Assembly (NCBI GenBank): GCA_040954595.2
Contig: CM082587.2
Coordinates: 5,692,206-5,756,205 of the forward strand
Direction: 5' to 3'
DNA from: Balanoglossus misakiensis
Lineage: Eukaryota; Animalia; Hemichordata
DNA length: 64,000 nucleotides
Positions 1 to 12,600 of the stretch are shown here, in pieces. The notes beneath the pieces were generated by a model, which worked only from the letters and a program-made list of their open reading frames with translations, was not told the DNA's origin and ran no database searches. A program made the position numbers and the translations under genes. Numbering within the stretch: the first letter of the stretch is position 1; each line of letters begins with the position of its first letter.

Positions 1-2670
1 GAGCAATCTGAGACAGGGACTTTATTACCCCTCCATCTCTGTTTGCCTAAGTAGAGATCCAACTTTGACACAGGGAACAATGGAGTTGGACCTAACCATG
101 GTTCTGAAAGGGTCACAGATAGCTCAGATCACACCCCTGCAGATGCCTGCAGATGGCACAAGGAGTGTTAACACTGGTAATAGGACATGTGACCATTTAC
201 ATTAAAGCTAGTGGTGATAAAAATCGCCACACAAATATTAAACAACTTATTTTTCTCCCAAAGTGACTTCCTGTGTGTGTGTGTTCCCCCTCCTCCCAAC
301 TCCCAGGGATCGAGAGATATCTTACCCTTTGAACCCAACTGATGTCAAAGGTTACCAGGAGGTCAGGGTGCACAGGGCAAAAAATAAAAACACCACCGCA
401 GTGGTTTCACAGCAAGTAATTTATTCGTTAGGTAGAAACTTTCATGAAATATACAGGCGCTACCCAGAAGGCAATAAATTACACTAGATATTAATAAACC
501 CACTCTAGACAATATTTATAGAAAAAAAGGAAAACAATCTTTTCTATCAAGATTCTTCCAGAAATATGTACAAAATATACAAATCCATTTATATCTTAAA
601 ATGCAAATGTTTGATCGTATTTCTTTAGCTATTCCTTCACCATTTAACTTTTCAAGCATAATTATAACATCAAGGTGTTTGTATTTGGACGATCATGCAA
701 AGAAAAAATAATATCGAGAAAAATAAACTTTAATTCTTATTTACGACATTGTATGTTTCATTCCTGAACCCTTCAAAATAATGTATACACACATTATACC
801 CTGCATATCTTGATCCAGCAAAACTTCCCACATGCAATGTATGATATAAACTATGAACAAAAAGCAAACGTAAACAGCAGTTAGCAAATATACATGTACA
901 AGCCATCAGGGGATCAAATAAATATCGAAAATATAAGTAAATTTTAAATATATATAAACTCTGTTTTACATTCAGAATAAGACAGGTATACAAGCGCCCC
1001 CAAGCATCACCAGGGTAAAACCTTTGTTTGAATACGTAAAATGTGTACTTCACAGGTTAAAGTCTGAATTCAATCACGCCATAGGAAAGATCTAAAGAAA
1101 ACCATGAACACATGACAAGTATGACTGAAGTTCATGTGTAGTATTCAGCCTTGTCCAAACCACAACCGTAAACTGGCTGTTAGTGTTGCACAGTCAACCA
1201 AATCATCGGCTATTTTCTTTTTTTTTCCATTTGTGCTTAATTAGCTTGTGAGATAATTGTCAATGTACAAGTTGTCTCACAGAACAACAAACATGATTGG
1301 TTGCCATGGCATTCAATAGGACTCGCCAAAACATTTCTCAGGCAAGCACTCACCACAAACACGATTGCATCATGTTATTTTGCGGTGAAATTTGGAAGAA
1401 TAGGTCACTTTGGTGTTTATAAATTGAAACAGTCTTTGGATTAAATTAAAAAGTATAGAACTCATCACCCATACTGATGAAATTAATAATCAGTTGTACA
1501 TTGCACATGATTCAAAGAATATAAATAACACCTCTGATAAAGAATATTAGTACATGTACACCCACAAAAGGTATGTACAAATCACACTTTGTAAAGACAT
1601 CAGAAATTTACTGTGAGATGCACAACCCAGTCAATTCATAACTTGTCAGACAATGGTTTTGGTATGTGATATGAATACCCATCCAACTGATTTGTAAGAA
1701 TTAAAATGCATGTAAATGGTTACAAAAGCTAGTGTTTTCTCATTATATTATTGTTTCCTCATTATATTATTTTTATAATGCGTGTAATTTTTAGTTTCTT
1801 TATTTAAAAAATTGTTTCCATCGTCAGTGAATGTGACAGGGATGCATTCCCAGCAGAAAAAGCTGATGACTTATTATTTGTCTGTTATGCTGTTATATTT
1901 CGGATGAAAACTGTGTCTAACGGAAAAACAAAGACTTGCAGAAGCAGTACAACACAAAAATCATGCAAAGAACATGTACACAAAACTCACATATTTCTGT
2001 GCTCATGTACAATGTACATGATTTTTGTTTGTACCACATCTCGTGTGAATTCTGAATGTAGACAAACCTGATGAATTATCCAGACAGCAAACCAGTGCAA
2101 TACAGAGCCAGTTTGTTGGCCATGCCTCGGACTTTGCTGCTTTCTCACCAAGATTTTTTTTCACAACTTCAGTGGATCAGGCAGAACTTGCATAGTGGGT
2201 GGCTATGTGTGTACACACAGTTGTTCATTATTGCTGCCAGATCCCCTTGTTTCCCGCAGAAAATACAGTAGACTCTTGGTACACCGGTAGTTACATAAGT
2301 CGGGACGTAATAAAATGCATGTAGCTGGCCAGGTAGTTTGCTGTCTGGATAACTTACCGGTAGATACGGCAATACAACTAAATGTTTGATAATGTAACCT
2401 ATACTTGCTGAATTCTGAAAATGATTGACGGGTGAACTGTTAACCAATACACACAGTATAGCACACTATAACATGTTATGTCACAAAAAAACCAGCACAT
2501 AGAACTCGGTTAAATTACACTAAAAATAACATGTTTTGAACATTTTGCTCGTTACCCGTCCCCTCAAGGTGAATTCTTACTCCCCCCCAAACTTGAAATG
2601 GAATCACCCTCTAAAACACTCAATGGCAGAGCCGTACCAATTTATTACTGTGGAGAAGGGGGTGGTAGGG

Positions 2671-3638
2671 TTAATTATAACTGACAGGGTATTTGTTGGA
2701 GTCTACCACTGTGAATTCCATGATCTCTGTACTCTTGTCTTTGAAAGCCTCGGCGATGAGTTTCGCAGCATCCCTGTGAGCCAGGCCTTTCAGTGGCTTT
2801 CCATTGACACTGAAGATGACTTGGCCTCTCTTTAAATTGCTGTTGTGGTACGCTGACCCACCATACTGAAAGGAAAGAAATTATTAAGCATCTTGTTACC
2901 ACATGTACATTTGATCAACTGATACTTGCCTGCTTGTCTCCAGCAGAAAAAAATTAGAATGCCAAACTAGTGAATAATTTCTTATTATACTGGTAAGCAC
3001 ATGTCATCTCACTTGGAGACTATCAGTGCCTGTGAAAGAAATTAATGAACTGGTTTATACCTGTATATTGATGACTTTGGGTAGAGGTTGCTTGGTGCCT
3101 GCACCACCCTCTACAGCGATACCAAGAGTTGGTCTTGTTTTCCTGATGACAACGCTCTCTGTGTACGTCGTGGGTGTGTCTGGCACTGACGGCTGAGGTG
3201 CTGGTGGTTCCGATGGCTGTAAGAAAGTATTTGTTGGATATTACATAAATTGTTCCAAACACGGCCCCTCAAATTACTTCATGAATTGGTAACTCTACAC
3301 TTCAAGTTTAATGAACATTTCCTCCTTCGGGTTATGTACTATAGAAACTGAAACTGATGAGTCATCACTGTTATGCCTGCCGAGTTGAAATTACATAAGT
3401 GGGTTCAATTATTCTGAGGGCTGCAGTATCTTACACTCTTCCCCGGTGCATGTATATCAATTGATCAAAATCACTGTTTGGTGGGTTGACAGTAATAAAC
3501 TTCCCCCACGAAGTGTATTCGTTTCTTTCCTGTAGACTTCCATTCAATAGAGTACTGATACAGTTAACATACATAGGATAAACTAGAAATTTAATTTTAA
3601 TATGGGAAGGCACAGATATGACTAGAGGATGTGTTGAC

Positions 3639-3674
<36 letters not shown>

Positions 3675-6600
3675 AAGATTTCATTTGAACTCACCATGTG
3701 GGTGCTGTTGACTCCGAATGTCACTGCGTTACTCTCTCTTGATTCGTTAGCCTCATAATTAATAACTGCTTTCCTCACTGCGTCTTCTCTGACCTCGCTG
3801 GGCGGCGGTGCACTTGAAGAATTTTGACGTTTCGTTCTAGTCTTCGGGACCGGTTTAGGCGCAATGGGTGGCTTCGGTTTGGAGTTCGTTTGATTACTTG
3901 AAGTCCGCGTCAGCGTTCCTTCCTGGCTGTCGCTGGTTGCGCCCTTCGTTTCCACCGCGGCTGTTTTCCGCGAAACGTTCCAGCTGCTCTCCGATGTCAT
4001 TTCCAGGCTTTCGTTCCGCGTGAGCGTTCCTTTCAGGGTTCCCTCCAGGCTCTCCGTGGACGACCCGCTGGAGGACCGACTCCTCGGAGGGCTCGGCGAC
4101 GGGGACGACCTCGCCGTCCTCCCGGGGATCAGTCGCGGAGGGCTGGAAGATCGCGGGGGACTGGCTTTTTTCTGGAGAGCCCTGGTATCCTTGATTTCGT
4201 ACACTGTATTCTTTTTCGGGGAAAACGTCTCCATGGTGGGTCTCTTCTCCTCGGGAGATGTGGGCCTCCCCGGACTGGGGGACCGCCGTCTGATGACAAT
4301 CACCTCCCCCGGGGGTGTTGGGGACGGACTCGCCGACCTGTGGACGATGACCTCGGCGTGAGTCCTCGTCAGGGTCTTTTTGGTGACCGCGTCCTCCGTT
4401 GGACTCTTGGGTCTGGGGGATGCGTTGGGACTGGGAGGCTGTTTCTTCAACTCATACAGCGTCTCGCTGGCTTTCTTGGTCCTGGCCACCCTCTTCTGTT
4501 GATCTCTGGGAACATGCTGCGAGAAAAACAATTCGGTCAAGAGATGGTCACTCAATGGACATTTTTTTCAGAAGTTTTTTTATGCGAGTAACTGTCAGCT
4601 ATATCTGCAGAATGCTGGCAGTAAGTTCCCTTGAAATACACCTTGTACAGTGCATGGAAAATGTCGATGCAATGAGAAAGTTCAAGCAGTATGAGATATA
4701 TGGAAGAGTGGGGAAGTTGACAAGTGCCTTAATTGCAGACATCAAAAAAAAAATTAATGTGAAAAGGGGAGCTTCTCATTGAATTATTCTTCCTTCCTAT
4801 AGGGAGAGGTGCCCATGATCCCTTCACGCTTGAAAGAAAAATGGAATGATAATGATGAATGGTGCTTACATGCGTGGGATCACTGATTCGTTGATTTCGA
4901 TTGAAATTAATTGGTGAGGGTGTACTGAGATGGACGCTCTGAAAGAAAATGAAATGCAACAAAGTAAATTTCAACATATTTAGTAACCCACGCACTGATT
5001 GGCTGATGGAATTGTGACCAGAAATAGGACAATGATGGAATAGGTAATGGCCTGCATGTTGATGCTGCTTTGGCAATAATGCAGTGCTTGGAATCAAACT
5101 TTGTCTAGAGTTGTAAAAATCACAGCTGTACAATTCATGTCTCCCATTGGTTGTCAATGAACCAGTAGAGTATCAGATTTGATATCAACGACTTTTGTAA
5201 AACATGAAAATACACATATATGGTAAAGTAATCTCTGTAAATTTGTCCTTTGAACTCTGCGTCATTCCAAATATGGCAAAGCATGTAATGCAAATGTGAC
5301 CTTTGACTGCAACCCTTTACCAAATATGGACATTCAGCCGACACTTACTCCACTGTGAGTAGAACTCTCTGTGGTCACACTGTCGAAGCTGTGCCGCCTC
5401 TCCAGATCAGCCGACTGTCTCTGTCGCCGTGAGCTACCGGACGAGTTGGCACTGTGCCAAGACTCGTTGTCGGGGCCTTCGCTCGTCGTGCTGCTGCAGG
5501 AACTCTCCGTGATTGGCTCTGGCAAGGTGTCGTTGATGGTGATTGGTGGAGTTGGTGAAATGGTGACACTGTAACGAAAAAGTTGGCTAAATTGTAATTA
5601 TTTTTTCGTAAAGGTTTAGGTAGGTAAACCAGCCTTGCTCAAATGTTTTAAAATAATCCTGGATTCTGCTACAGCTGCATGTCCGGTATCGTCTCTTGCG
5701 CTAAGTTACTGACCGAAAAAATTACAGTAATTTGTGAGTTATATTTTCGCATTGCTCATTTAATATTTGGCTCAATGTCAAGATAGCAAATGGGCAGGAA
5801 CAATTTTGTTTATTCAAAAATAAGCCAAGATTTGATTCTACAACAACCTGCAGCCACACATAGAACAGCAACAGGACAATAACAAAAATACACACACTGA
5901 AACAGTATAAAATTTATTTAAGTTCTCCCTTCCCTGTAGATATTTTGTTAGTTATGAGACATTGTGTTATAAGTACAAATGTTAAAACTTCCCTTACAAG
6001 TCCACTTATCTGAGAGCCATTTTTTAAAAAACCTTAGCTCAAAAAATTACACACAATACGCACAAGGAATACACTGACAAGGACATTTTTAACAACTTTT
6101 ATTAACTGTTATTAATATCACTTACGGTAACACTTACACCAAAATATACAACATACAGCATGCAGAGAATCAAAACTGAAAATGTTGCATTCCCTTATTT
6201 GCATACTGGTGTGCCTTAGACAACAGATAGGACATACCCAAATATGGAAATGTCATGCTAGTATTGATCATGCTAAGAGTTGAGGTTGTGGGTGAGTGGT
6301 TAGTATATCTGGCACGCATTCACGCACACACGCTCGCATACAAGTGTGACTGATGGCTGAGTTATCACAGCATTTCATTCTGTAAGGGGCTGGGTTGTGA
6401 AACATTTCGGTGTGCAAGGAGTTCATGGTTCATGCATTGAGAGAATGACTGACAAACACGTGCATCAAACAGATGAGGGTACATTTCTGACAATGGGAGA
6501 TTTGTCATGGCTTCAATGAGAAAATTCACATGGAAAGTCTTCTATGTTTCTTTAACATAAAACAGAAATTAATAAGCACAGTGGAATATGACTGGTGTCA

Positions 6601-9600
6601 ACAGCTGAGAAAATAGCAAAAAAAAAACCCCCACATTTGCAACAATTTATCATTCAGGCTATCAAACCAGCACCATATTGCTGCCTGACAGGTCGAAAGG
6701 GAGAACAAAAACTTCAGAACGGGAGATGGTAATGTCTTCCCTCGGTGGTCAGAATAGGAAATGCTGCGATAACGCACACGCGAGCGACACCAGCTTCACA
6801 AACAGTGCAATGAGTGCCACGTACGTACACACACATGTAAGTCATAGTGCAGATGAGATTACGCTACCTCTTTTTGGGCTTGCTGCTATGTTGGTACGGA
6901 ATGTGGAGAGTGTATGTTTTGTGAGTGGATGAATGGATGGATGGGTGGGTGGGTGGGAATATGCAGGGCCACCACCATTTTTGGAAAGAGATAAAATAAA
7001 AAAAATAAAAGCAAAAAAATATATAATGATGAAATTATTCAACAGGCAGGTAACAATTTACCAATACAGTTACTGTGACTAACCCATCAATAACCCACAT
7101 GCAAAACTTAAACCATTTCTTTAAAATATGAATTTCAACAACTAGGACAAAAAATAATAAGATTATATTGGAAACCAACATGCAAAATAAAATAACTTGC
7201 ATTAAAAATAACTTTCAACATCAACTTAGGCTAGACGATAAAGTAAAATAGAATGTGCATGTATCGAACAAACTTAATAAACAAAATCTTCACCAAATTA
7301 ACATTACTTGTGAATTCGAGCAAACAAAAATGAATTCCATGATAAACAAATGTATTTGTCTGCAGATCAATTGGCACATATAACCAGATTGACATCAATT
7401 TTGCTTGATTTGATTTCATGTGTTGACAACCTCTTCGGACTTTCTAAAGCAGTTCTGCACATTATTATTTTGTTATTTATTCATACACCTTTTAGTGGGG
7501 GAAACAGGGTTTGGCGTGACTGTGAGCCCATTGGGCAACAGGTGGTGACTGGTATCTTGGTACAGGGGGTACGGACGAACACTGCAGAATGATCTGGCAG
7601 CAATAAACTGTTAATACTTCAGGCAATCAATTAACTGCTTAGTGCATCATAAGTTAGTGATTCAAACGTAAGGCTCCATCTTACAGCTGTATTGACAGCA
7701 ATGTGTGTCTGTTCACGCAAATTGCACACAATTATTAACTCACCCTTCTTTGGCTCTGGAGGAGCTGACTATCCCCGGGTGAAGATCCACTCCGCTGTCT
7801 TCACTCGGGCTTTTCGTGTCCTCGTAAATCTGCTCCTGGAATCCATTGTTGTGCTTAGTGAGAGTGTCTATTCGGTGATGCACATCCACCTGGATGGTCT
7901 GTTTTGGTGTCACTGTTTTCGGCTTGAATGTACTTTGAGACGACTCGGAGAATTCCTGCAGCGCAGAGAAGAGAAAACAGACTGGGTAAAGTCTGTGCTT
8001 ATAGTATACATGTATGTTTGTCTCTGTGTTTATATTTTTGCAGATATTGATACTTATTTATATACTGTTATACTGATAGACAAGATATTAAACATTTTTC
8101 ATGGAGAAAAAATGAAAGAACAAATATACACAATAAAAGTACCAGAGAAAGGACTGATTACGACCATCCCTTCAAATGTCAGTGCAAGCATTTGTTTTTC
8201 CCCGAATCATTTCAACCAATAGAGTTATCGTCGCCACTTCACTATTAAACACAACACAACATGGGAAAACAAATAATCATGCATTACGATGAGCTGCTAA
8301 TATTATGACAGAATGACATAGAGGTATCTGAATGACAGATGTACAATAACATGAAAAAGTTTGGAATGCAATCAAAGAGAGATTAGTCTGAATTGTTAGT
8401 TCTGAAACATGGTGTTTTTCGATGAAAATGTTTAGAGACAGTGAAAACTGGGGTGGGAAGGAAGTCATGAAAGGAGAAGGTTTGAGGATTGAGGGAGGGT
8501 GGAGACAAACGATTTGTCTTGATCCAATACTTACAGGCATTTGAAAATCAGGGAGGCCCTCGGTGTCGTCATTTATTTGGTGTGCGTGTATGCCATTGTG
8601 AGAATCATAACTGTAGTTAATCTACAGGGGGAAAAGTTGGGGGGAAATAGCAAATGGATAAAAAAATGATGGCTTTCACCCCTATCCCCTTGACTTGGAA
8701 TGTTCCAGTGATTAACATGGGGTTATGACTGAAATATGTCACAAATTGACAATGGCTATGTTTGGTCCACCTAGTAATATGAGATTTTATTTTTGCCAAC
8801 AGGCCAAAGAAGCATGCCATGTAACATACCACGATTATTTTAGTCATTTTCACTTTACATGCACTGATGCAATAATAGTAATACTGATGGTTTTTGCTAA
8901 TATGAAACACTGAGTAACATAACTACCTCTGACATGCAGGCGGCAGCAAAATATGATATGATGACGTGATTTGACAATTAATATTGCAAATAAAAGTACA
9001 ACACACAACTAAAAGTGGACAAACTTGTTGATGGTTGATAAATACACGACAGGGGAACACAGATGAATGAGTAATGGTGTTTGTACTTTCAGTGTAAATG
9101 GTAGTGGATTCAGAAATGTTTCATTACATCCGCATTCTTTTTTCCCAACTCACCTTGATATTGGGTGGTAATTCCTGCGGTACTCTGGGCGGGGTTATTG
9201 GCCTGGAGTCCATAGATGCTGAGGAGTAATGACTGGCTGATGACATTGTCTCGCCGTAGGAATTCATGGATGTTCTGTCCACCCGATAGGTGTCATTCTG
9301 ACGTGCCTGTTGGGTAGAAATTATCAAGAGGTCAAACATAATTATTGGAAAAAGGGCAGCAAGAGTGAGACTTTGTCCCTGTTAATCTTCACTGGATTTA
9401 CACATACCTTCATCGCCTCCACTTCTCTCTTCAGAACCAAGGTGTCAAACCTGTCAATGTCTCGAGGTACAACAAAAGTGCGGACTTCAGATAAGAGAGA
9501 AAACTGTAAGGGGAAAAACACATTGAAGAATATCATTCCGTGAATTACAGAGTCCAAGGGGTTAATTTGAAAACAGATCTGGATGAAAGTCTGACAGTAA

Positions 9601-12600
9601 CAAGTTGGCACAAAAAAAAGTTCCCCCCGTACCTTGGAATGCGTGTTGAGAAGTTCGAAGAGGGCCATCACCAGGTCATCGATGGTGATGTGGCCGCTCT
9701 GGTACTCGTCCAGGTAGTACTTCATGGTGCCGCGCTCGTTGTCGTTCAGCAGGTGTCTGGCCTGCTCCTCGATCATGTTCCATGACTGTGTAGAGGAAGT
9801 TGTATTCCACATCAATTGCGAGCCGGCCACTCCCTTGGTGAACTTGGACTGCATGCAAAAATATATACAGGTTGGAAACTGATTTCAGGGCATGGTTAGA
9901 TCTCGCACAGTCTGTTCGACTGTGGTGAAGTCATATAAATTGTACATGACTTCATTCAGACAAATTCAGTACAGTGCTTTTCAGCAGGGCATAATTAACT
10001 TTCATAAAAATAGGCAACACATCAGTAGTTCATAATTTTGTTCCTCTATATGAAATCAATTTTCCAACCAACTGTAACGTCGAGTACTGAAGCCACAGGT
10101 CACACTCTACATTACCTACAGACATTGGAGTGGCATTCTCATGAATCGGGCTTGGCTATAGATACGTTTCATGCACTATACGTGTTAACATGCACAGTCT
10201 GTGTTAAAGTAAATGGCATTTATATGTGACTATGACACGGTATTCAATACTTACATAATCCCTGGAGTCTTGCAAATCGGCCGTACTGTCCCCATTCACC
10301 ATCCTCTGGCTCATCACGGAGTTGGACCTCGACCTCGTTCCCTCGCTCATCAGAGACAACTGATCTCCCATGATCCAGTGGGTCTGGTCATAGGTGGTGC
10401 GGGCGTAGGGTAACTTGCCCACGTCCTTGACGGTCATGACCATGAGCTTGGAAGACTTGAGTATGTTAGCTGCTTGCTGGTGTTCAATGTCCATAAAGCT
10501 GGTGCCATTGATGTCTAAAATCTGATCTCCGACCTGTGGATCAAGCAATTATCAATCATCAGATTATCAAATCAATATCAATTAGTACAAATTCATTTAT
10601 AGTCCATTATCTTGTCCTCAGCAAAGATACTGACCCCTTTGTTGGGAAATAGAATATGGCCACGTGTCTCACCTTCAGGCCAGCGTAGTCAGCCACTGAA
10701 TAGGCATCCACTCCAGTGATGTAAATACCTAGACCAAATTCCGTACCACCGCGGATCATCAAACCAAGGCTCTGGCCGTCTTCTACAACCAGGTGTACCT
10801 GAAAGGAAGAATGGTTGAGTGAGTCAGTAAATGAATGAATGAACATGTGAGTGAATGAATGAATGAAACACACAACTACAGCACAAGATGGGAATAAATA
10901 CTCTGTCAAATACACTGCTGTCTGGGCACATTTTCTCATTTAAAAATCTATTGAGAATCATGCAAAACTATCAAGATAAAAGACCGGTTAAGAAAAGCAC
11001 AACAAAGATCTGAAATTTACAGGCACTGGTATTTCATGATCCTATACATACGGGCCAGACCTACAAATATTTGCAGATAAAAATTCTTACACGCCAGTGG
11101 CTGAACTCTGAAATACCCACCTTCCTTTCGTCCCCATCTTTGAGTAAATTCAAACCACTTTTTCGGCCCACTGATTCGTTTATTTTGTACCCTTTGAGGT
11201 CTTCATCTGGCGGCGGTGAGACGCTACGTCCGTGCGGATCAACCCAGGTGTACGTCTTGTGCGAGACAAACGACGCTGGCACGCGTCCGACTGATTTGAT
11301 CAGAAGTGACAGTTTGTGCGCAGCTTTTAATATCTGTAATTCAATAAAAATAAAAATATTAAAGTGAGTTTTCCTTGAAGTGATCTATTAGTGGTACATG
11401 TGATAAAAGGACTGTAATTTCATAATGCCAATTCACAAAATGGGTCATTTAGTCAAACGGATTTCGTATGGTTAATAATGAAACCACAGCGATGTACATT
11501 GTGTGCTCTTAGCGGGGATGCTGATTCAGGACTCACAAATGACTGCATGCCCCCGATGAAATAATGGCTAACAGGCCAATTGCAACGATCCCAGGTCACA
11601 ACTGACTGCTGGAAACTACAGGGGAGATTTTCATCGCACTGGTTGCCATGCCAACATGCAAGTAAGTTCTGGTGTCACAATTATAAAGAAACTGACTTCA
11701 GCATGCACACTTTTGAACGGTGGGAAGGGGGGGGGGTAACAGACCCCCAGCTCTGTCAATTTTGCTGGCATGCTGTCAGGTCAAAAAAGTTCAATTTCTC
11801 ATTCTCCTATTCACAGAAAATTTCAATTTTAAATCTCCACATTCAAATTCCTAGTGCATTTATTTTCTCCTCGATGTCTGTGATTCTGCTGAATTTTTTT
11901 TACAGTGGAATTTCCAACAAAGTTAGAGCTGAAATGGCTACCAGATAAACAGCTGCCTTGTTTGTTGGCCACATGAGTAAGTATACCTTTCATTTACACC
12001 ACAATGGAAAGCCTTTTTACTCTCTGTTTTAACTACTTCAAGGCAAAATAATAGGGCAAGCCTGGACATGTCCCAGCCCACTTCGAATGTATACGTCAAC
12101 TCAGTCAAACTTTTCATGTAGAAATTCCAGTAAGTGCAGGTTGGCCTGTAGTTCAGCTGTTTCCATGGTTACTATTGCAATTTATTGAATTACTTTACAC
12201 ACCCTCTTCCCTCCCTATAATAATTTTTGCCTTCAACTTGCCTACAGCCAGTCTTTAGCTGTCATAGTCAATTTAACTGCAGTTGACGTGATGATGATGT
12301 AGTGCTGGTATGGAATTTCAGCTATACTGTATAATGTATGTTGAAAGACACAGACCAGCTGGCACTATAAGGGGGAGATTGCTATGTGTTTACCAATCTC
12401 ACCAGGAGCAAATGTGAAGGTCTCATTGGCGGACGTCACCAAAAATGCACTGAGGTCACATGTCTAGTGTTCGAACTCACGTCCAAGGACTTAACATTCA
12501 TTCAGAAAATGCCCCGTATACATTGTACTACAATCGGATATCTGGTGACCATTCAGTCTCACTTATAAGTCTAAGTCACACTGCAATAGAGTGAAATTGA

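Noticed and set aside
3431-4555. 374-aa ORF as a standalone gene
   Set aside because: It is bounded internally by an acceptor (4517) and a donor (3694) and is a whirlin exon. Its ends are intron read-through, including the (GA)n tract.
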